From contig JBEWZL010000294.1 in assembly GCA_045837725.1 (NCBI GenBank), positions 248,001 to 312,000 on the forward strand: a stretch of DNA of 64,000 nt. Reading direction: 5' to 3'. Every line of letters starts with the position of its first letter. Position 1 is the stretch's first letter. Source of the DNA: Vermamoeba vermiformis. Taxonomy: Eukaryota. Positions 12,851 through 27,516 of this stretch are shown in pieces. Position numbers and translations under genes: made by a program. The notes under the pieces are model-generated. The model was not told the DNA's origin. It worked only from the letters and a program-made list of their open reading frames with translations, and made no database searches.

Positions 12851-14876
12851 CTACGTACTAGTATCAGGATCAATCAAATCAGTTAAATTACGTTGCGGCG
12901 AGCGGCGTCTCAACAGCGAGGGGCGCGTAGGAATGACAACATTGCTCGGGGCTGAGTGGCGAATGATATCATCGCTGGCGTCGTTCTGACTCGCTGAATT
13001 GATCAGTCGCGGCTTGACACGTGATGCCAACTCGCTGGCACTCTTCGCGTTGCTGACAGGCGGTGCCTTGTGCGTGTCACGCTCTCGCACCGTGCCTGAT
13101 TCAGAGGTCGTGGGACTGCCCGTGTAGCGCGTTGTGTTCGGCGAAGAAGACACACCGCCAGTAGTCGCCGAGACTGACCAATCAACGCTCTCGCTGCTCG
13201 ATGTGTCGTCCGTGCCTGAAGGCATCATCTCGAACAACTTGCGCAGCTCGACGCGTGCTGAAAACGGTTTTTTGACCGAGGAACGTGTCGCCATGCGTCG
13301 TGATGCCATTGAGGCTGCTAGTGGCTTCAAACCTAAATAAGGAAGTTTGTTATATCGATCGTGCAATTCTATTGCCTATTTTTGGTAATTTTACCTTCCA
13401 AAAATTCGACAATATCGTGGTGATTGTTGGCCAAGGCCTCGTCGTAAGATGAACCTGAAAGTAAAATTAAGAACATGTTCTGTTTCCAAATAAGGAAATA
13501 TTGATGGTGCACGTACCATAGGGTCCTTTGAGATCGATATCGGCGTTGAAATTAATTAACAGCTGGACAATTCTTTTTTTGCCCGCACGTGCTGCCATAT
13601 GTAACGCGGTCTCTTGGTAGCTAAAAATAGACCATTAATATGACCTCTATATTACAGTATTGCTAATGTAGTTCGTACTTGTTGGTCTCATTAACTTTGG
13701 CGCCATTTTGTAATAAAAACAGTACGTTGCCTTCACCGGCACGCAATGCAGCATTGTGCAGCGGAGTTTGTCCGTGTTCGTTCTTAATATTTACATTGCA
13801 CTTTCTCTTGACCTAACAACGCAATTGAATGGTTAATTTGGCGAATATTACCATAAAAGGAAATATTGAGGGTGTAATTACCATTAAATGCAGTACGAAC
13901 ATGAGCATGTCCGAGCACGGCAAACACATTAAATAATGCAAAGGCGTCGAGCCTGAATTATTCTAAGAAATATTAAATATTAATAATCATTATCATAGGA
14001 AAAATACGGTTTGTAATCTTTACCTGTGCATCCACAGGCGCGCCTTCAACAATTAATTTTTCGCAAATTTCCAAATTTCCTCGTGCACCTATTGGTCAAA
14101 TTAAGATTATTAAGCATTCTTCGACCGGTGGAAAATTATTCAGCATTTTTCAACGGCCGTAAATCTTGATTTAATCTCGAGTGACAGATCCGATTACAAA
14201 TTCGAATTGTCATTTACGAGTATTGATTATTAGTTATTTATTATACAGCGTAATTATGCTTTTATTAAGGAACAATTATTACGATAAAAAAATTTAATCA
14301 GAATCAAATCTTTATTGGTTATTGAATCGAATTACGAAAATTTGATTGCATTAATTATCGCTTAAATATTCTTAGAAAAGTAAAACATTACCTGCACAGT
14401 GTAACGGTGTCCAGCCGTTTTTGTCTTTCGAGATCAAGGACCCTCCTTTACTGAGCAGAAAATTGAGAGAATCTTTTGAAATTAGCCGTCAATAATATGG
14501 AATATATCGGGGAATAATAGGAGTAAATTATTGAGATGATTATCTTTGTAATTTCCGGATTTCAAATTGCGGCTGATCTTCTTTAATTAATTAAACTCAC
14601 CTGCTTGATTCTCAAATGCTGCTATATGTAATGCTGTTTGTCCAAAATTATCTATCTCATTGAGTTCTGAAATATTATACGCTAACAGCCGTTTCATCTC
14701 ATCAACAGATCCCATTCTCGCTGCTTCGTGCAACGGATACAGTTGCGTGCTTGCAACTTGGACCTATTAATATTAATTATAAGCCGTGTATTGCCACAAG
14801 ACTTGGAATTCCTTACTTGAGCCGCAACGGGCCTTGACGGTCGACGTGGTGTTAATCCTTCAATTACGACCGACAT
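12851..14876 (-). CDS. Ankyrin-repeat protein with Ser/Arg-rich linker (possibly fused to the Rap-GAP)
   Basis: Exons encode YPLHEAARMG, GQTALHIAA, GWTPLHCA, GSTPLHYL, GQTPLHNAA, ETALHMAARAG. Confidence 0.85.
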
Positions 14877-15083
14877 TGCCTTATTAATAGTTGTTCATAT
14901 GTCTTCTTATTCTATTATACAACACTAGTGAGAAGAAAGGCGCAACAGAAAATGTCTAAAAAGTTGCTGCCCACTCGGCAGAAGAATTTTCGCGCCCAGG
15001 AAATTAAGGAAGCTATTGCTTTGATCACGTATAATAATGAACACTATGAAGCAGCATCCTAGTAGATAATATTGAATGCAACA

Positions 15084-18000
15084 ATGAGCGAAAAGAAGCA
15101 GGCTTCTATTCAATCATTTTTGAAGCCTGTAAAATCGTCGATCGACCTGCCCATCCACACCCCTAGTGCTCCTGAACTTAAATTAATTAATAGAATTGTA
15201 AATAAAAATGCCAAGTCTCATATCTGGTGCGGAGATTCTTCAGATGTCGAAGGTAAGATCCAGAATATTCAGAATAAATTCTGCGCAATAATTAACCACT
15301 CAAAACAAATAGAAATTATGGATTTTATATTTGGGCGGGCTGAGAAAAATAATGATCCATTGGTAACCCAATTTCTGAAGCGGATGTCAGTGGAACTTGG
15401 TCAATGCGTAGATTGGTATGGCTTCTAAAATTCTCAATATTCCTAACTAATATCTACAATATAGCCTCGATCAATATTATGCCTATATTTCTCGAATACA
15501 AAGCTCTTCGTTGATGGACAGTCAAGCTGGTGATACCTCGTTACTCGTGGATCGACTACAACACTGGAATATTGAACGATTAACAACGGGATTTAAATTA
15601 ATAGAAGAGTGCGAGGGCGATGCACGATTGAATTATATTGAAGACATGCTTGTTCCGAATTGGCAAATAGTCTGTCTCGAGACATTAAAAGATATAAATT
15701 ATCTGCAAGCTCCTCCAATACAAAAGGCATTTACAAAGGTATATTAGCACCTCTATTATGATTTTTAATTAATATCAATGGTTAATTCTTCATTATTTAG
15801 ACGTTTGTTAACATTTTGGCCACGCATAATGTCACCGTATCACACAATGCACCAGGCTTGTATTACTTATTATTCCACCACGAACTAGATTTGAGGTACC
15901 GGCTACACCATATTGTTATAGTTATCTAATGAATATAATAGGGAGTGGGCTTTTTCTACAGTGGACAACTTCAACATTGACACGGGTTCAAATATTTTTG
16001 AGAAATTGTTACCAGTCCTGCGAAATATATTAGGTAATACACACTATACTTAGCGTATAATATTCACGATGTATAACGAATTGCGCAGGATTTTTAAAGA
16101 AAGAGGAAGATCTAACCTTGCTGGGCGTTACGAAAGCCAATAACGTATTACTAGAAGGTATGTTAGATATATTCATAGTTTCTAGGTGCTAATATATATT
16201 ATTACATAGGCCTATGCATTATAATAACAAAATTAGCGTCAGAATTAGTAACTGTATTCTTATGCTCGTTTCCTGGAATTTTACAGACGATTATTGCATT
16301 GTCCTTAAGCTTGCCAGACCTAAAATTGGCAATATTAACGACATTAGAATACGTATTGCAAATCGATGATGTTTGGAACGACCAAGATCCGAAATTTATC
16401 TCCGATTGGTTAATGACAATTAAGCCCAGCGGACTCAATCAAGAAACGCGAACAAAAATGTTTAATATCTTTAAACGAATGTTAGAAACCGTTGATATTG
16501 ACGGTAAGTCGGTCCTAGTCACGTAACATAAATTTATTTCCTTTTTTAGACAAGCAACTTGTTCCGTTTCAACGATCTCTCTTGGATTATTTGCAACGAA
16601 TGTCGAATAATCAAGCTAACGATATCATAATCTCAACGATATTAAAAGAGTAAGTCAATTCAACAAAATATTTACAGTCCGTTAATACTATTTTTAGCTA
16701 TGGCAACAACGCTGACGTTGCCATCGCATTATGCAACACGTGGTCATTATTAGCATTGAATATGGCAAGTCAAAAGAATGAAGGTGCAATATCGTTGTGT
16801 CAAAAGGCATTAGAATACGATACATTGAAAGCGATGAATTTTATCGACGCCGTGTTCAAGCACCAACATCCGAGGTAATTTCCTTATATGGTAATATACG
16901 ATCTAACATTCGCTAGAATTCAACACGAGTGGGCATTGCCGCTATGGCGCGCGATATTGCATACTCAACACGAGCTACCAGCAAGCATTAATGACGCGAT
17001 AATCCTGTCGGTCGGAGCACTAGTTTTGGTCGATTTGAACGATCACAAACTCAAAGTTGAGAAGATTTGCACGACTCTACGAGAAGTATTCGTCGGCTTC
17101 GAGGTATTTTTGAAGAGACTCGTGGTGAACATTCATTTGTTGGAAGGATTTGTCAGCGAGACTACCTTGCCCTCTGTCATGTTTTACTTGTTGTCGAGCT
17201 CTCACAAAGAAATTCATACTCATTCCTTAGAGCTATACAAAAAGTAGGTGCCATTGACATATCAATCGATATAAGGTGGTTTACTAAATATGGTTATCTT
17301 AGGTGGAGTCATTCGAACACATTGCACGACTGCATTTCCTACGCGTTAGACAATCACAAAAAAGAATTCTTGGAAAGTGTTCAAGGTGCACTAGCTGAAG
17401 TGCTCAAGTACTATTTGCACGGTTACAAGAGTTCTGTGTCAAAAATATTGTTCACATTGGCCGGCATTGTGATTCATCTTAACCCCGAAGAAAGTGACCT
17501 CGATCAATTGACACTCACGTTAACATGGGATTTATTGGCTACATTTATGATATGCTTTCAGGTACGTCGTTGTTATTGAAGGTCTTCCGTTAATTTCCTT
17601 TTTAGGAAATGAAATTCGGCGATGATGCAAACGCGCTCGTGTCGAGATTTTTCAAACTGTTTGAAGCAACACTAGAAACCATCTCGAAATTTCCAGACTC
17701 GCAGATCTTCAGCGACGTCATTCAGAAGCCTATTTGGCAACAATACGTTGAATTCTTTTCGGACATTCCCGATGACTTTAAGGGACTCTGGACCAAGCAG
17801 CTGCAAATGATAGCCTCATGTATGTATCTCCCAATCAATATTTCCATTCACTAACGATTAAACAGTCCTTCGGCTATATGACGAAGACAGTCTCGACAGT
17901 ATTATTGCGTACTGTCAAACATACTTGGCCGGCTTTAGGAAGTATTGGGAAGAGCTGTTAGAAAAGACGAGCACTAAGACATCGTTGAGTGCCGTGTTGG

Positions 18001-21000
18001 ATAACTTGCCGACAGCCAGTCAATTGAACATTGATTTGAACGAGAGTCAGGGCTCCACGAGTGACTTGCCGCCAGTGAAGCTCGAACAAGAGCAGCACGT
18101 GACTGAAATCGACGATTATGACCTGTTTGATGACATTACGGAGGAGCCTTTGCAAGCCCCTAATAGAGTAGTCAGTAAGTATTGTGCACTAATTAGAATC
18201 ACACTGGCCTCGTACTCATTGACTTGACAGAAAATGCGCTGCAAACAATGATGGACAATCAAAAAATGACCAAAGAGATGCACACAAAGAAAGAAGCGTT
18301 TGACAAACATCATAACAAGCCTTCTCCATTTGCGAACTTGTTTGAGATGAAACCATTGCGGTCCAAAAAATCCAAGCCTATTTCCATCAGTTTGCCGTTC
18401 AAACAGCCGCAACAACAAGCTGCAGCGCACCACGCACATCACGTGCCTGCGAATAATCATCAGCCACAACCAACGGGCCAACAACAAGGTCAAACAGCTG
18501 TTCGTCCCAGACCTCGATTTCCGACTCGTCGCGGTGGTCCTTCGTTGATTGACAAGCTGAAAAAAGAAGTCGCAAAGATTTCAGTGAAAAATGCTGCCGT
18601 TGACATGCCACGAGTACCGCCCCGAAGTTATTCTCCGCCAATCAGATCGGTTTACTCGCACACCAGGGTAACTTATACAACCTCGCATTACTCTATATAA
18701 ATACTAATACAATATGATAGAGCATTGCTGAGCCTGAAAGAGAAAGGCGTCAAACAGTGGTGCTCGACAAAGGCAAAGACGAACGAATTGCATTCCGCGA
18801 AAAACAACGCGAATCGGCCAAGCGAAGAGCACTGTTCTTTCCTTCTTTGCAACAATTTCATCAACAGATACTTAAATGGGACTATAAGAAACTCGATCAA
18901 CAGACCAACGTAAGAAACTGAAACTACCCTAAAATCAATACTAATATATTGATCTTAGACTACCTCATTGACGACAGTCCCTGACAACTTTGAGGACATT
19001 GACGAGTACAAAGAGGTGTTTTATCCGTTGTTAGTCGAAGAATTCAAAGCACTGCTGGAGCGCGGCAAACGAGAAGAAAACGGTACGATATTTCCTTATT
19101 TGGTAATAATCTTCTTCGGGTTCTAATAGATTGTAGATGCAAATATACCGTGCAAATTCAAGTGTTTGAGACGTACATTGGGCGATTACTTTGCGGAAGT
19201 TATTTTGACGGATCTGCCTCCAAATCACAACTACAACATGTTCTCGGAAAGTGACATGGTCCTAATCTCACAAGAAGATGTACGTCCATCATCATTACAT
19301 AGTGCGTTACTAATTTATGTTTTAGCCTACGGATGAAAATTTGAAAAGCTATGTGCTCGGAATAATCGAAAAAATGACGTTTTTGGACAAGTCAATTTTA
19401 GTCAAAACAACCAAGGGTGATTTATCCGCGTGGATTCGTGAAGGCGGCTCGTATTATCTAAAAAAGGCAAGTCTGATTCACCAGTATAATTCCGCTCATT
19501 TTAACCGGTTAAATTAGATGGAACACATTAGCACTATTAACCGTGAATATCAAAGTCTTGCCGCGGTAGAAAATCTTCGTTTACGACAACAAATTTTATC
19601 ACCAGCAGCTCACAATTATAAACTCACACTCGACAAACCGTTCAAGTCACAACTGGCTCGCATGTACAACACTTCACAGCTCGCGGCCATCGATGTAAGC
19701 AATACTTATTCGACTATTTGAATGACCTTATACTCACAATGCCGGCTGTTACTAGGCGTCGGTGTCGAATGAAGGATTTGTTTTGATTCAAGGTCCACCG
19801 GGCACGGGCAAGACGAAGACTATCGAAGGTATTTTGTCCGTGTTGTTGATGAACAAAGCACGGGATGACGATGCCAACACGAACATTGACGAGCTCAAGT
19901 CACCGCACATTAGTGAAAAGATCTTAGTCGTTGCGCCCTCCAATGCAGCAGTGGACGAATTGGCAGCGAGACTGACCACTAAAGGGCTCATATTGTTGAA
20001 CGAACACGACATCGACCTCGTCAAAAGTAACAAATTTTCACTCGAGACCAAGAGCACATTTAGATTCACGTTCGATGAGTCGATTCAATGCTACAGGTAG
20101 GTACCGGGACTTGCCTTTTATGGTAATAACTGGTGTCAGGTACTTTCCAAATACGGTGCGAGTCGGCCCTGCACAAAAGAACATGCCTGAACATTTGCAG
20201 CGAATCAGCATTGAGAACTTAATTAACGCAAAGCTGACCGAACAAGCTCGACACGAAGGTACGACAGATCATTTTACCAAATTAGGAAATACTCTAACAG
20301 TAAGCAGAGTTCAAAGAGCTCGAGCGAATGAGCAACTCGCTGGACTCAAATGCACCAAGGCCGCCAATGTCAAGAGCAGTGTACAACCAAGAAAAGAAGA
20401 AAAGTCGTGCTGAGGAGTTGGAAGAGAAGTCAAAGCAGCGAAAATCCATTGAAATTTCGATTCTGAGCAAAGCCACTATTGTCTGCACTACTCTCAGCAG
20501 CAGCGGTCACGAATTATTTTCAAAACTTACGCACGGATTTGACACGGTCATTATTGATGAGGCTGCACAGGTACGTATTACGCTACCATTGCCTTTTTTG
20601 GAAATAACCAACATGTGACTTCTATTAGGCCGTTGAATTGTCCACATTGATTCCCTTGCGGTACAATTGCAAACGATGTATAATGGTTGGAGATCCAAAT
20701 GTAAGGCAACTTAGGTTAGCTGTGAGAATTTTATTGATTTATTTCCTTTTTTAGCAATTACCGGCGACAGTATTGAGCAAGACCGCAGCCAGCTTCAAAT
20801 ACGAGCAAAGTTTGTTCCAACGATTCGTAAACAACGGATACAAGCCCGTGTTGTTGACGGTGCAGTATCGCATGCATCCTGCCATCAGGAAATTTCCTGG
20901 AAAACACTTTTACAACGACGAGCTGCGCGACGGAATCACTGAACAGGATCGCGAGTGTGAATTTCACGGAAATCCATGTTTCAAACCCACGTGCTTCTTC

Positions 21001-22697
21001 GACATCAAACAGAGCGTGCAGTCCCAAAAAGCTGGTACGTAGCCCATATTACCGTATTTGGCAATACCCTAACACCTCCCTTCAGGATCCACCTCACTTC
21101 GCAACACAATGGAGGCTCAATTTATTGCCAAGTTAATTGAAAAACTCATCGAGATGTATCCGACCATCGACGTAAGTACAGCAATGCAGTCCATTACCAA
21201 ATATAGTAATAACACTTGCTTGTGCAGTTCGAGAATCAGATCGGCGTGCTCAGTCCGTACAAGCAACAGTTGGACGAGCTGCGCACTCAAATCAACAGAC
21301 AACTCTCGAAGAACAATGCCGTGGACGAGACAGTCATCAAGTCCATTGAAATCAACACTGTCGATGGGTTTCAAGGCCGCGAGAAAAATATCATCATTTT
21401 CTCGTGCGTGAGAGCTGCTGGTAAGAAATTGCCTAATTTGGCAATCGGAGCTTTGGATACTGATGTAATATCATTTCCTCTTTAGGTAGTGGCAACTCGA
21501 TTGGTTTCTTATCGGATGTTCGTCGTATGAACGTCGCATTGACACGTGCCAAAATGTCACTCTGGGTGGTCGGCAATTCTGTTTCACTGAAAAACAACTC
21601 TCACTGGCGAGATTTCTTGCACTACATGCGCCAAACCGATTCTAATATCCTTTTAAACAATAGCAATCCATAATATATCAGACCTCTTATTATTACTTTT
21701 CCTTAACTAACGTCCACTGCTCGAAGTTGACAATATGAGCTCGTTTTTCAAGAGCATTGAAGAGGCCAAGTCTGATGAGCCCAGCGCGGAGAAAGAGAAC
21801 AAAACGAGAGGGACCAAACGGAAGTTAATTGACGAGACTAGGATCACGTTTAATACCAACACCGATGACAATGCTGACATTGATTTGAATGAAGATAATA
21901 ATACGAATACTATTACTAATAATAACAATAATAATACTAATGAATCGAGTGGCGATGACAGTTATTACCAGTGGAAAAGAAAGCGGCGGAAGATTGACAA
22001 TGACACGCGTCAAAGTGTCAATTCAGAGCCTTTGTTCGATCTGAACAGCGACAACGCCACTGACATTCCGTACGACACTGCAAATGACACGTTGAATGTG
22101 CCATCAGATGACATCGCGCGGCTGACAGTAACGCCGCCTGTAGAACGAAAGAAATCTCCCGCGAGATCTGACGGAGATCACGTGACTAGCGGTGGTGGAG
22201 AACGATCGATCAGACGAATTGACTTCGCAGCGCTGAGAAAGGAAAAAGAGCGCGAGGCACGTGCAGCTGCCAAACTCAAAACTAGCGGTGAACAGCCCAG
22301 ACCAGCGTCTTTAAGAGGAAGTAGCGGAGGTACTTCCTTAAAAGGAAATAATGACGAACAAGTGCCACGGCAGACAATCGTGCGTGAATTCAAAAGACCC
22401 GGAATAGCTAGATCTGGTTCCGGCTCAGGAATGACACGTGTCACTTCACCACCTCCGCCGACATATCACCAGCCGAGCTCCAGTCCCAAGAAGAAAAAAC
22501 AATTGCAAACACTCACCACGGACAATTTCTTCGACACCACGCCCTCAGTGTTTGTGCCCAAAAAGCCACCCACAACGAACCCGCCAAAAGACCCTGCGCC
22601 GAGTAAAGTTGCGGCCCCGAAACGTCCAGCAGCGCCAGCCCCAAAGAAAAATAGCGGCAATGTTTTGGACAGCATTTTGAGCTCCATGACGAAGTAA
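15084..22697 (+). CDS. SEN1: Sen1/senataxin-like SF1 RNA/DNA helicase
   Basis: LIQGPPGTGKT, VVAPSNAAVDE, FDTVIIDEAAQ, VGDPNQLPATV, QYRMHP, NTVDGFQGREK, RRMNVALTRAK; long helical N-terminal region with HIWC; many short introns. Confidence 0.88.
21645..21717 (+). other. U12-type (minor spliceosome) AT-AC intron in SEN1
   Basis: 5' ATATCCTTTT, branch TTCCTTAAC at 21699-21707, 3' AC 10 nt later; removal joins ..RQTDS-M-LEVDNMSS in frame with the 21735 ORF. Confidence 0.88.
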
Positions 22698-22867
22698 GTT
22701 TCAAAATGCAGATCTGTAAATAAACCTTGTACAAATGGCATTGTAAGACGACTACGTGATATGAATATCTATTTATTATGAATATCTCACTGACAGAACA
22801 GGTCTGTATCATACAAACTTATAAATCTCGTGATAAATCTCGGCATTAAATTCTGAGAATTCCTGAT

Positions 22868-23685
22868 TTAGAGCTGTACAGATAATAATGAGCCAAGGGA
22901 CCGTAACTTAAGCTACAATAATATTACTTACGTTTTCTAAATCAATAACAGTCGCAGGCGGCTCTACCTCGCTGTCCGAGTTGTATTCGGGCAGTTTGTC
23001 GAGGTTTCTGTTTGGCTGTTGCAAGTTTGACGCGGGCTAAAAACTATGTTAATACACACGCTCAATAGTTAAGAACATTATTACTCACCTCCCAAGAGCT
23101 GTTCTCTTCAGAACTGAGCTCTGCGTTCTCAAACTGGATGTCGTACTCGGTCGTGGTTTCAGCGCCAACAATGACTTTTTAAGCGTTAATACTTTCTATA
23201 TAATAAGCGCACTTCAGGTTACTTACAGTTACTAGGAACTTGCTTAGCTTTAACCAAATTCTTGACTTCCTCAGCTCCGAAACGATGCACAATGTCTGCC
23301 TTGTCGTTTTGATAGTCGCGTAACTCGACTAAAACAAGGTCATCCTGACAATAATATGAATAACATGTCTTGAATATAATTTTTGAGGCCTTACCTTGCG
23401 CACGTATTCCTTGCGCTGCATTTTTCCGCGTACCTTGCAGATGCGACTTTTGCCGTCGAGGAATAGGACTGAAAAGCAAGAATTAGTTATGAAATCACCA
23501 AGCTGTTCCTATTTTTAATTATCAATCGTACCATTAAAGCGTCCAGCTCCAAGTGCGGCTGTAACTCTTGCGTATTCTTGATCTTCGCTCTTTTCAAATT
23601 CTTTACCACGGATTAAATCAATGTCATTACGGCGAGCGCGTTTTCTTCGATTTCTTCCACCTGATCCTTTATTCTTTGAAGACAT
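22868..23685 (-). CDS. EIF1A: Translation initiation factor eIF1A-like protein (divergent)
   Basis: MSSKNKGSGGRNRRK, DQEYARVTAALGAGRF, RICKVRGK, DLVLVELRDYQNDKADIV; acidic tail ending IDLENL*. Confidence 0.8.
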
Positions 23686-24225
23686 TTTGTTACTTGGTTC
23701 GACTTTTTGTTGCAGATTTGGTTGTTGAGTTCGGTATTCCCCATGCAAAGTAGAAACGGGTATCACTGCAGTGATCGAAGTTATGTTGAGTGTTGTTATG
23801 TTGCGCGAAGCTAACAAATTGACAAAAATCGGCGAAAATGGCGTTTTATGTTGTTCAGGACGCGTTTTGGTCACATCTGTTCTGATTTTTTTCGCTGAGA
23901 TTAGCAGGTCCTAAAACGAGAATCTTGCAATGCCCAAGTGAGTACATTGCTAGCGGACTGCCTCAGGCCCGGAAGCTCAATTATCCAGGTAAAGAATTTG
24001 CGATCTGTTTATTTTTTTGTCAATTAATTTCTTATTAGGCGCAATATGAAATATATAAATTCGACGTTCGTTTTATATGAGTTCCTCCTTGCACTTAATC
24101 ACCACTAGAAGAATTTTCCGAGTCCTGATGATCGTCACCTGACATTTTCATCTCCACAGCACGAGAACACCACACGTAACAGTAACATATTAGAACATAT
24201 TTAAGTAGTATATTTGGTTCGTAAA

Positions 24226-27200
24226 ATGTCATTTAGAGAAGCGTTGGAAGCAAACGATCTCGAGAAATTAAAAACTTTGGTGCAAGCCCTCGGTAAAAAT
24301 GAGCTGAAGAGCGCATTACTTGGTCAAAATATAGTGCCTAATTCAAATGAAATCACCATCGATGTTCAAGGTGGATCTGAGTCGTTATTCAACAAAGTAC
24401 GTAAAATTTAAGCGGCTTATTTTGAAGCTCAATTAATGTCAAATTTTTATTATAATAATATTAATGATTAATTAACAAACCTTAATTACTTTAGATTCTG
24501 CGATCCAACCCCGAATTTGCTTACAAAATATTATTTTTATTTTCACCAACGGACAGAAAAGAAATTTACCCTGATTTCGCTTGGAAGGACGTATTTAGTA
24601 AGTTCTTATGTAATATGTGAAATAATAGTCGTTAGCAATAATTTGGATCAGCTTTCGTACAACAGAAGAACAATCTGACGGCAGACAACAAGTTCAAATC
24701 GCACTTGACCGCCAAACAATTCGCAGAAAAAATACGACGAATATTTCCGGAGATTAAAAGCGAAGAGCTGGATTGCAATTCTTTTACAAACTTGAAGCAT
24801 TATCGAGCTGCGTTAACACTTGGCATGCCTTATACTCGTAAGTATATATAATCTATGACTATAAATGCTAATATCTTGCTCGTTCAGATGATTTTTTTAT
24901 CGGATCTCTCAAAACAAAGGTTTTCTCGAGTAACAATATCAACGACTTGCTACAATGGCTGATCCGCCACAAATATATGACGCGCAGTCCATTTACAGTG
25001 TCAGACCTTGCCCATCAATTGATTCACGGCAATAAGTACATCACCCGTACGATTTTAAAAGAATTTCCAAACTGCATTGAAGGTACATCCGGATCCAGAA
25101 AAAAAAATAATTAAAACTAACCTAGTTTATATTGATAGAAATTGATGATAAGGGCAATAATGTGCTGTACTACTGTGCAAAATCCTTAGAACGGTTCAGA
25201 TCCGTCCTTCGTCTGCTTGAAATTATTAGAAACACATTGTCATCGCAGAAATTAGTTGAAATGCTCGCTCATAAGTACGTAATTATCAATATAATAGTAT
25301 TATCCATTATATAATCTTATGGTTGCACTTGGGATCCGGATCTGGTCCAACCAAAAAACTCAAATGATACACCTTCAAATTTACGTTATTTTTAAATTAA
25401 TGTAATATCTGTGCTTATATATAATATTCATAGGTGCCAAGATGATCGATCTCCAGTACTTTTGTTAAGCCGTCATGCCACGAAACAATTTCAAAGTGTT
25501 CCCGTTGAATTTATTCGCGCGTACGGTGCAATCTTACACAGCAACAATACGAAAGACATTGCAACTATGGCGCAATACATTCTTGACTATGGCAAGGACA
25601 AGGCGCTGGAACTGTTGCTTCATTTGCAGTTAGGAATTAGTCCGCGGGAACTTCCGGAGTTCAAAGGCATTTTGCCACCGATGCAAAGAGATGCAAAGAC
25701 TGGTTTATTTTTCTTCGAATTTCCAAAAACAGAAATTGACAAGAAAAAACAAGCAGTTGAAGATGAGGGAGATAATGAAAGTCTTTTGGGTGGTCTGTTG
25801 AAGACTGTTGTCGATTTGTCCCGGCAATTATTTACATCCCATAAGTACGTCAATATTCTCCTCTTATATGCTGTTATAATTATAATATTTTTTCAGGCCT
25901 GATCCGGATGTCGGATTGGATGCAGATCAACCGGCATACATTCTGGACTTGCCCGACGAACTGTTACTACTGGTATCCCTATACTTACCACCTGTCGATG
26001 CGTTTGACTATTTAACGAGCTGCAAACGATTGGCGAAGTGCCTGCAAAGTGACCGGCACGAGCACTACTGGCGTGATTATTGTCAACGACATTTTTTCCC
26101 GCGCAAATTGACAGGCTCGTGGAAGAAACAATTCTTGGGCGAAACTCGGTACGTTTTATTTCCAAATAAGGAAATCGTAATTCTTTCACGACAATTACCT
26201 TTTGCATCAAAAATCTATTGTTTTGTTTCTAATAATTTTTATTTGCAGTGGAGTAGTTAACTGGCGCACGAACAAGTGTCGCAAATTGACCGTGCCGGAG
26301 CTAGGTCCGACAAGTCAACCTCTGTTGATGGACGAGAACTGGCTGTATTTATCAGAGAATTATTCCGCTCCTCGGCTGTGGAACTGTCACTCGCAAAGAA
26401 TTGAATTCCGCGGCACATCACCAGCACATTTGCAGCCTGCAGCCATGCTGAGCAGTTACAATCACAATGAAATTCCGCCGGTCATTGTTTACGAGGGCTG
26501 GCAGCCGCGGAATTACAAAGTAATGCGCGGAGAAACTGTCGCGGAGTTACCCAACTTAACGGACGTTTACAAAACTCGTCCTTTTTCTTACCGAGGATTT
26601 TCGGTCATGCCGATCGATCACCGCGTAGTGCTCTCTGAAAGTAAGAACAATTATTTCACAGCACTTATATGACATTAGCTTACGATAATAATGTTTGTTT
26701 AAAAATTACAAGTCACCTGCAATTAATTACAGATGAAGACTGAATGACACTTTGACACTTTTTGACATTTCCTTTTATAGAATCCATGCTGTATGACGTC
26801 GAACAAGACCGCGTGTTAAATCAATTGGCCGAAGAGCCGCCAACAGAATCGGCGCACGCGTACAATCCGTTCAACAAGACCATCCTGCGCACTACTCCGG
26901 ACGGAGTGGAGATCTACAGCTTGGACTATAAATTGTTGCAAAGCATCGACCACCCAACCTGGTACTCTCCCCCTGTAAAAGTGCTGCAAATGATCGATGA
27001 ATACACTTTCCTATTCGTCGTGCAAGGCAATCTCTTCACGAGCTCTATTTACGACATTAGAAATGGCAAATCAGTTTTGTCCGTTGACAACATGTTCAGG
27101 GTAAGTGTTGGTTACCAAATATGGAAATTTTGATGTTGGTTATTACAACATTTTCCTAATGTGCTGCACTTCATTAACTTGGCATACAATTTAGTTTCAC

Positions 27201-27395
27201 GACGCAGTGGTCCAATCACCGCACAGACTCGTATTCAGATCGGCAAGAGCACCGCTCATGGCCTCATGGAACTTGCGGACCAGACAAATTGAGTGGGTTG
27301 AGTGCACGGAGCAGTATCCGAAGTGCATCAACTCGCGGTACTTGGTCAGCGTCTTTGCAGGCCAGGTGGAGATTAGAGACTATTGCACCAACTAG
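24226..27395 (+). CDS. F-box protein with ankyrin-like N-terminal region and beta-rich (propeller-like) C-terminus
   Basis: F-box ILDLPDELLLLVSLYLPPVDAFDYLTSCKRL..YWRDYC; DDKGNNVLYYCA ankyrin-like motif; continuity of the N and C parts inferred from splice sites. Confidence 0.6.
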
Positions 27396-27516
27396 ATCTA
27401 CGAGTAACGCACATTGTAATTAAACGAATAGTTTTGTCTGAATGCGACACTAATGAACGGTCAACTATGTACATTGGTTTATTTTTGTTTTTGCTTTGGC
27501 ACATCCCCAACTGTTT

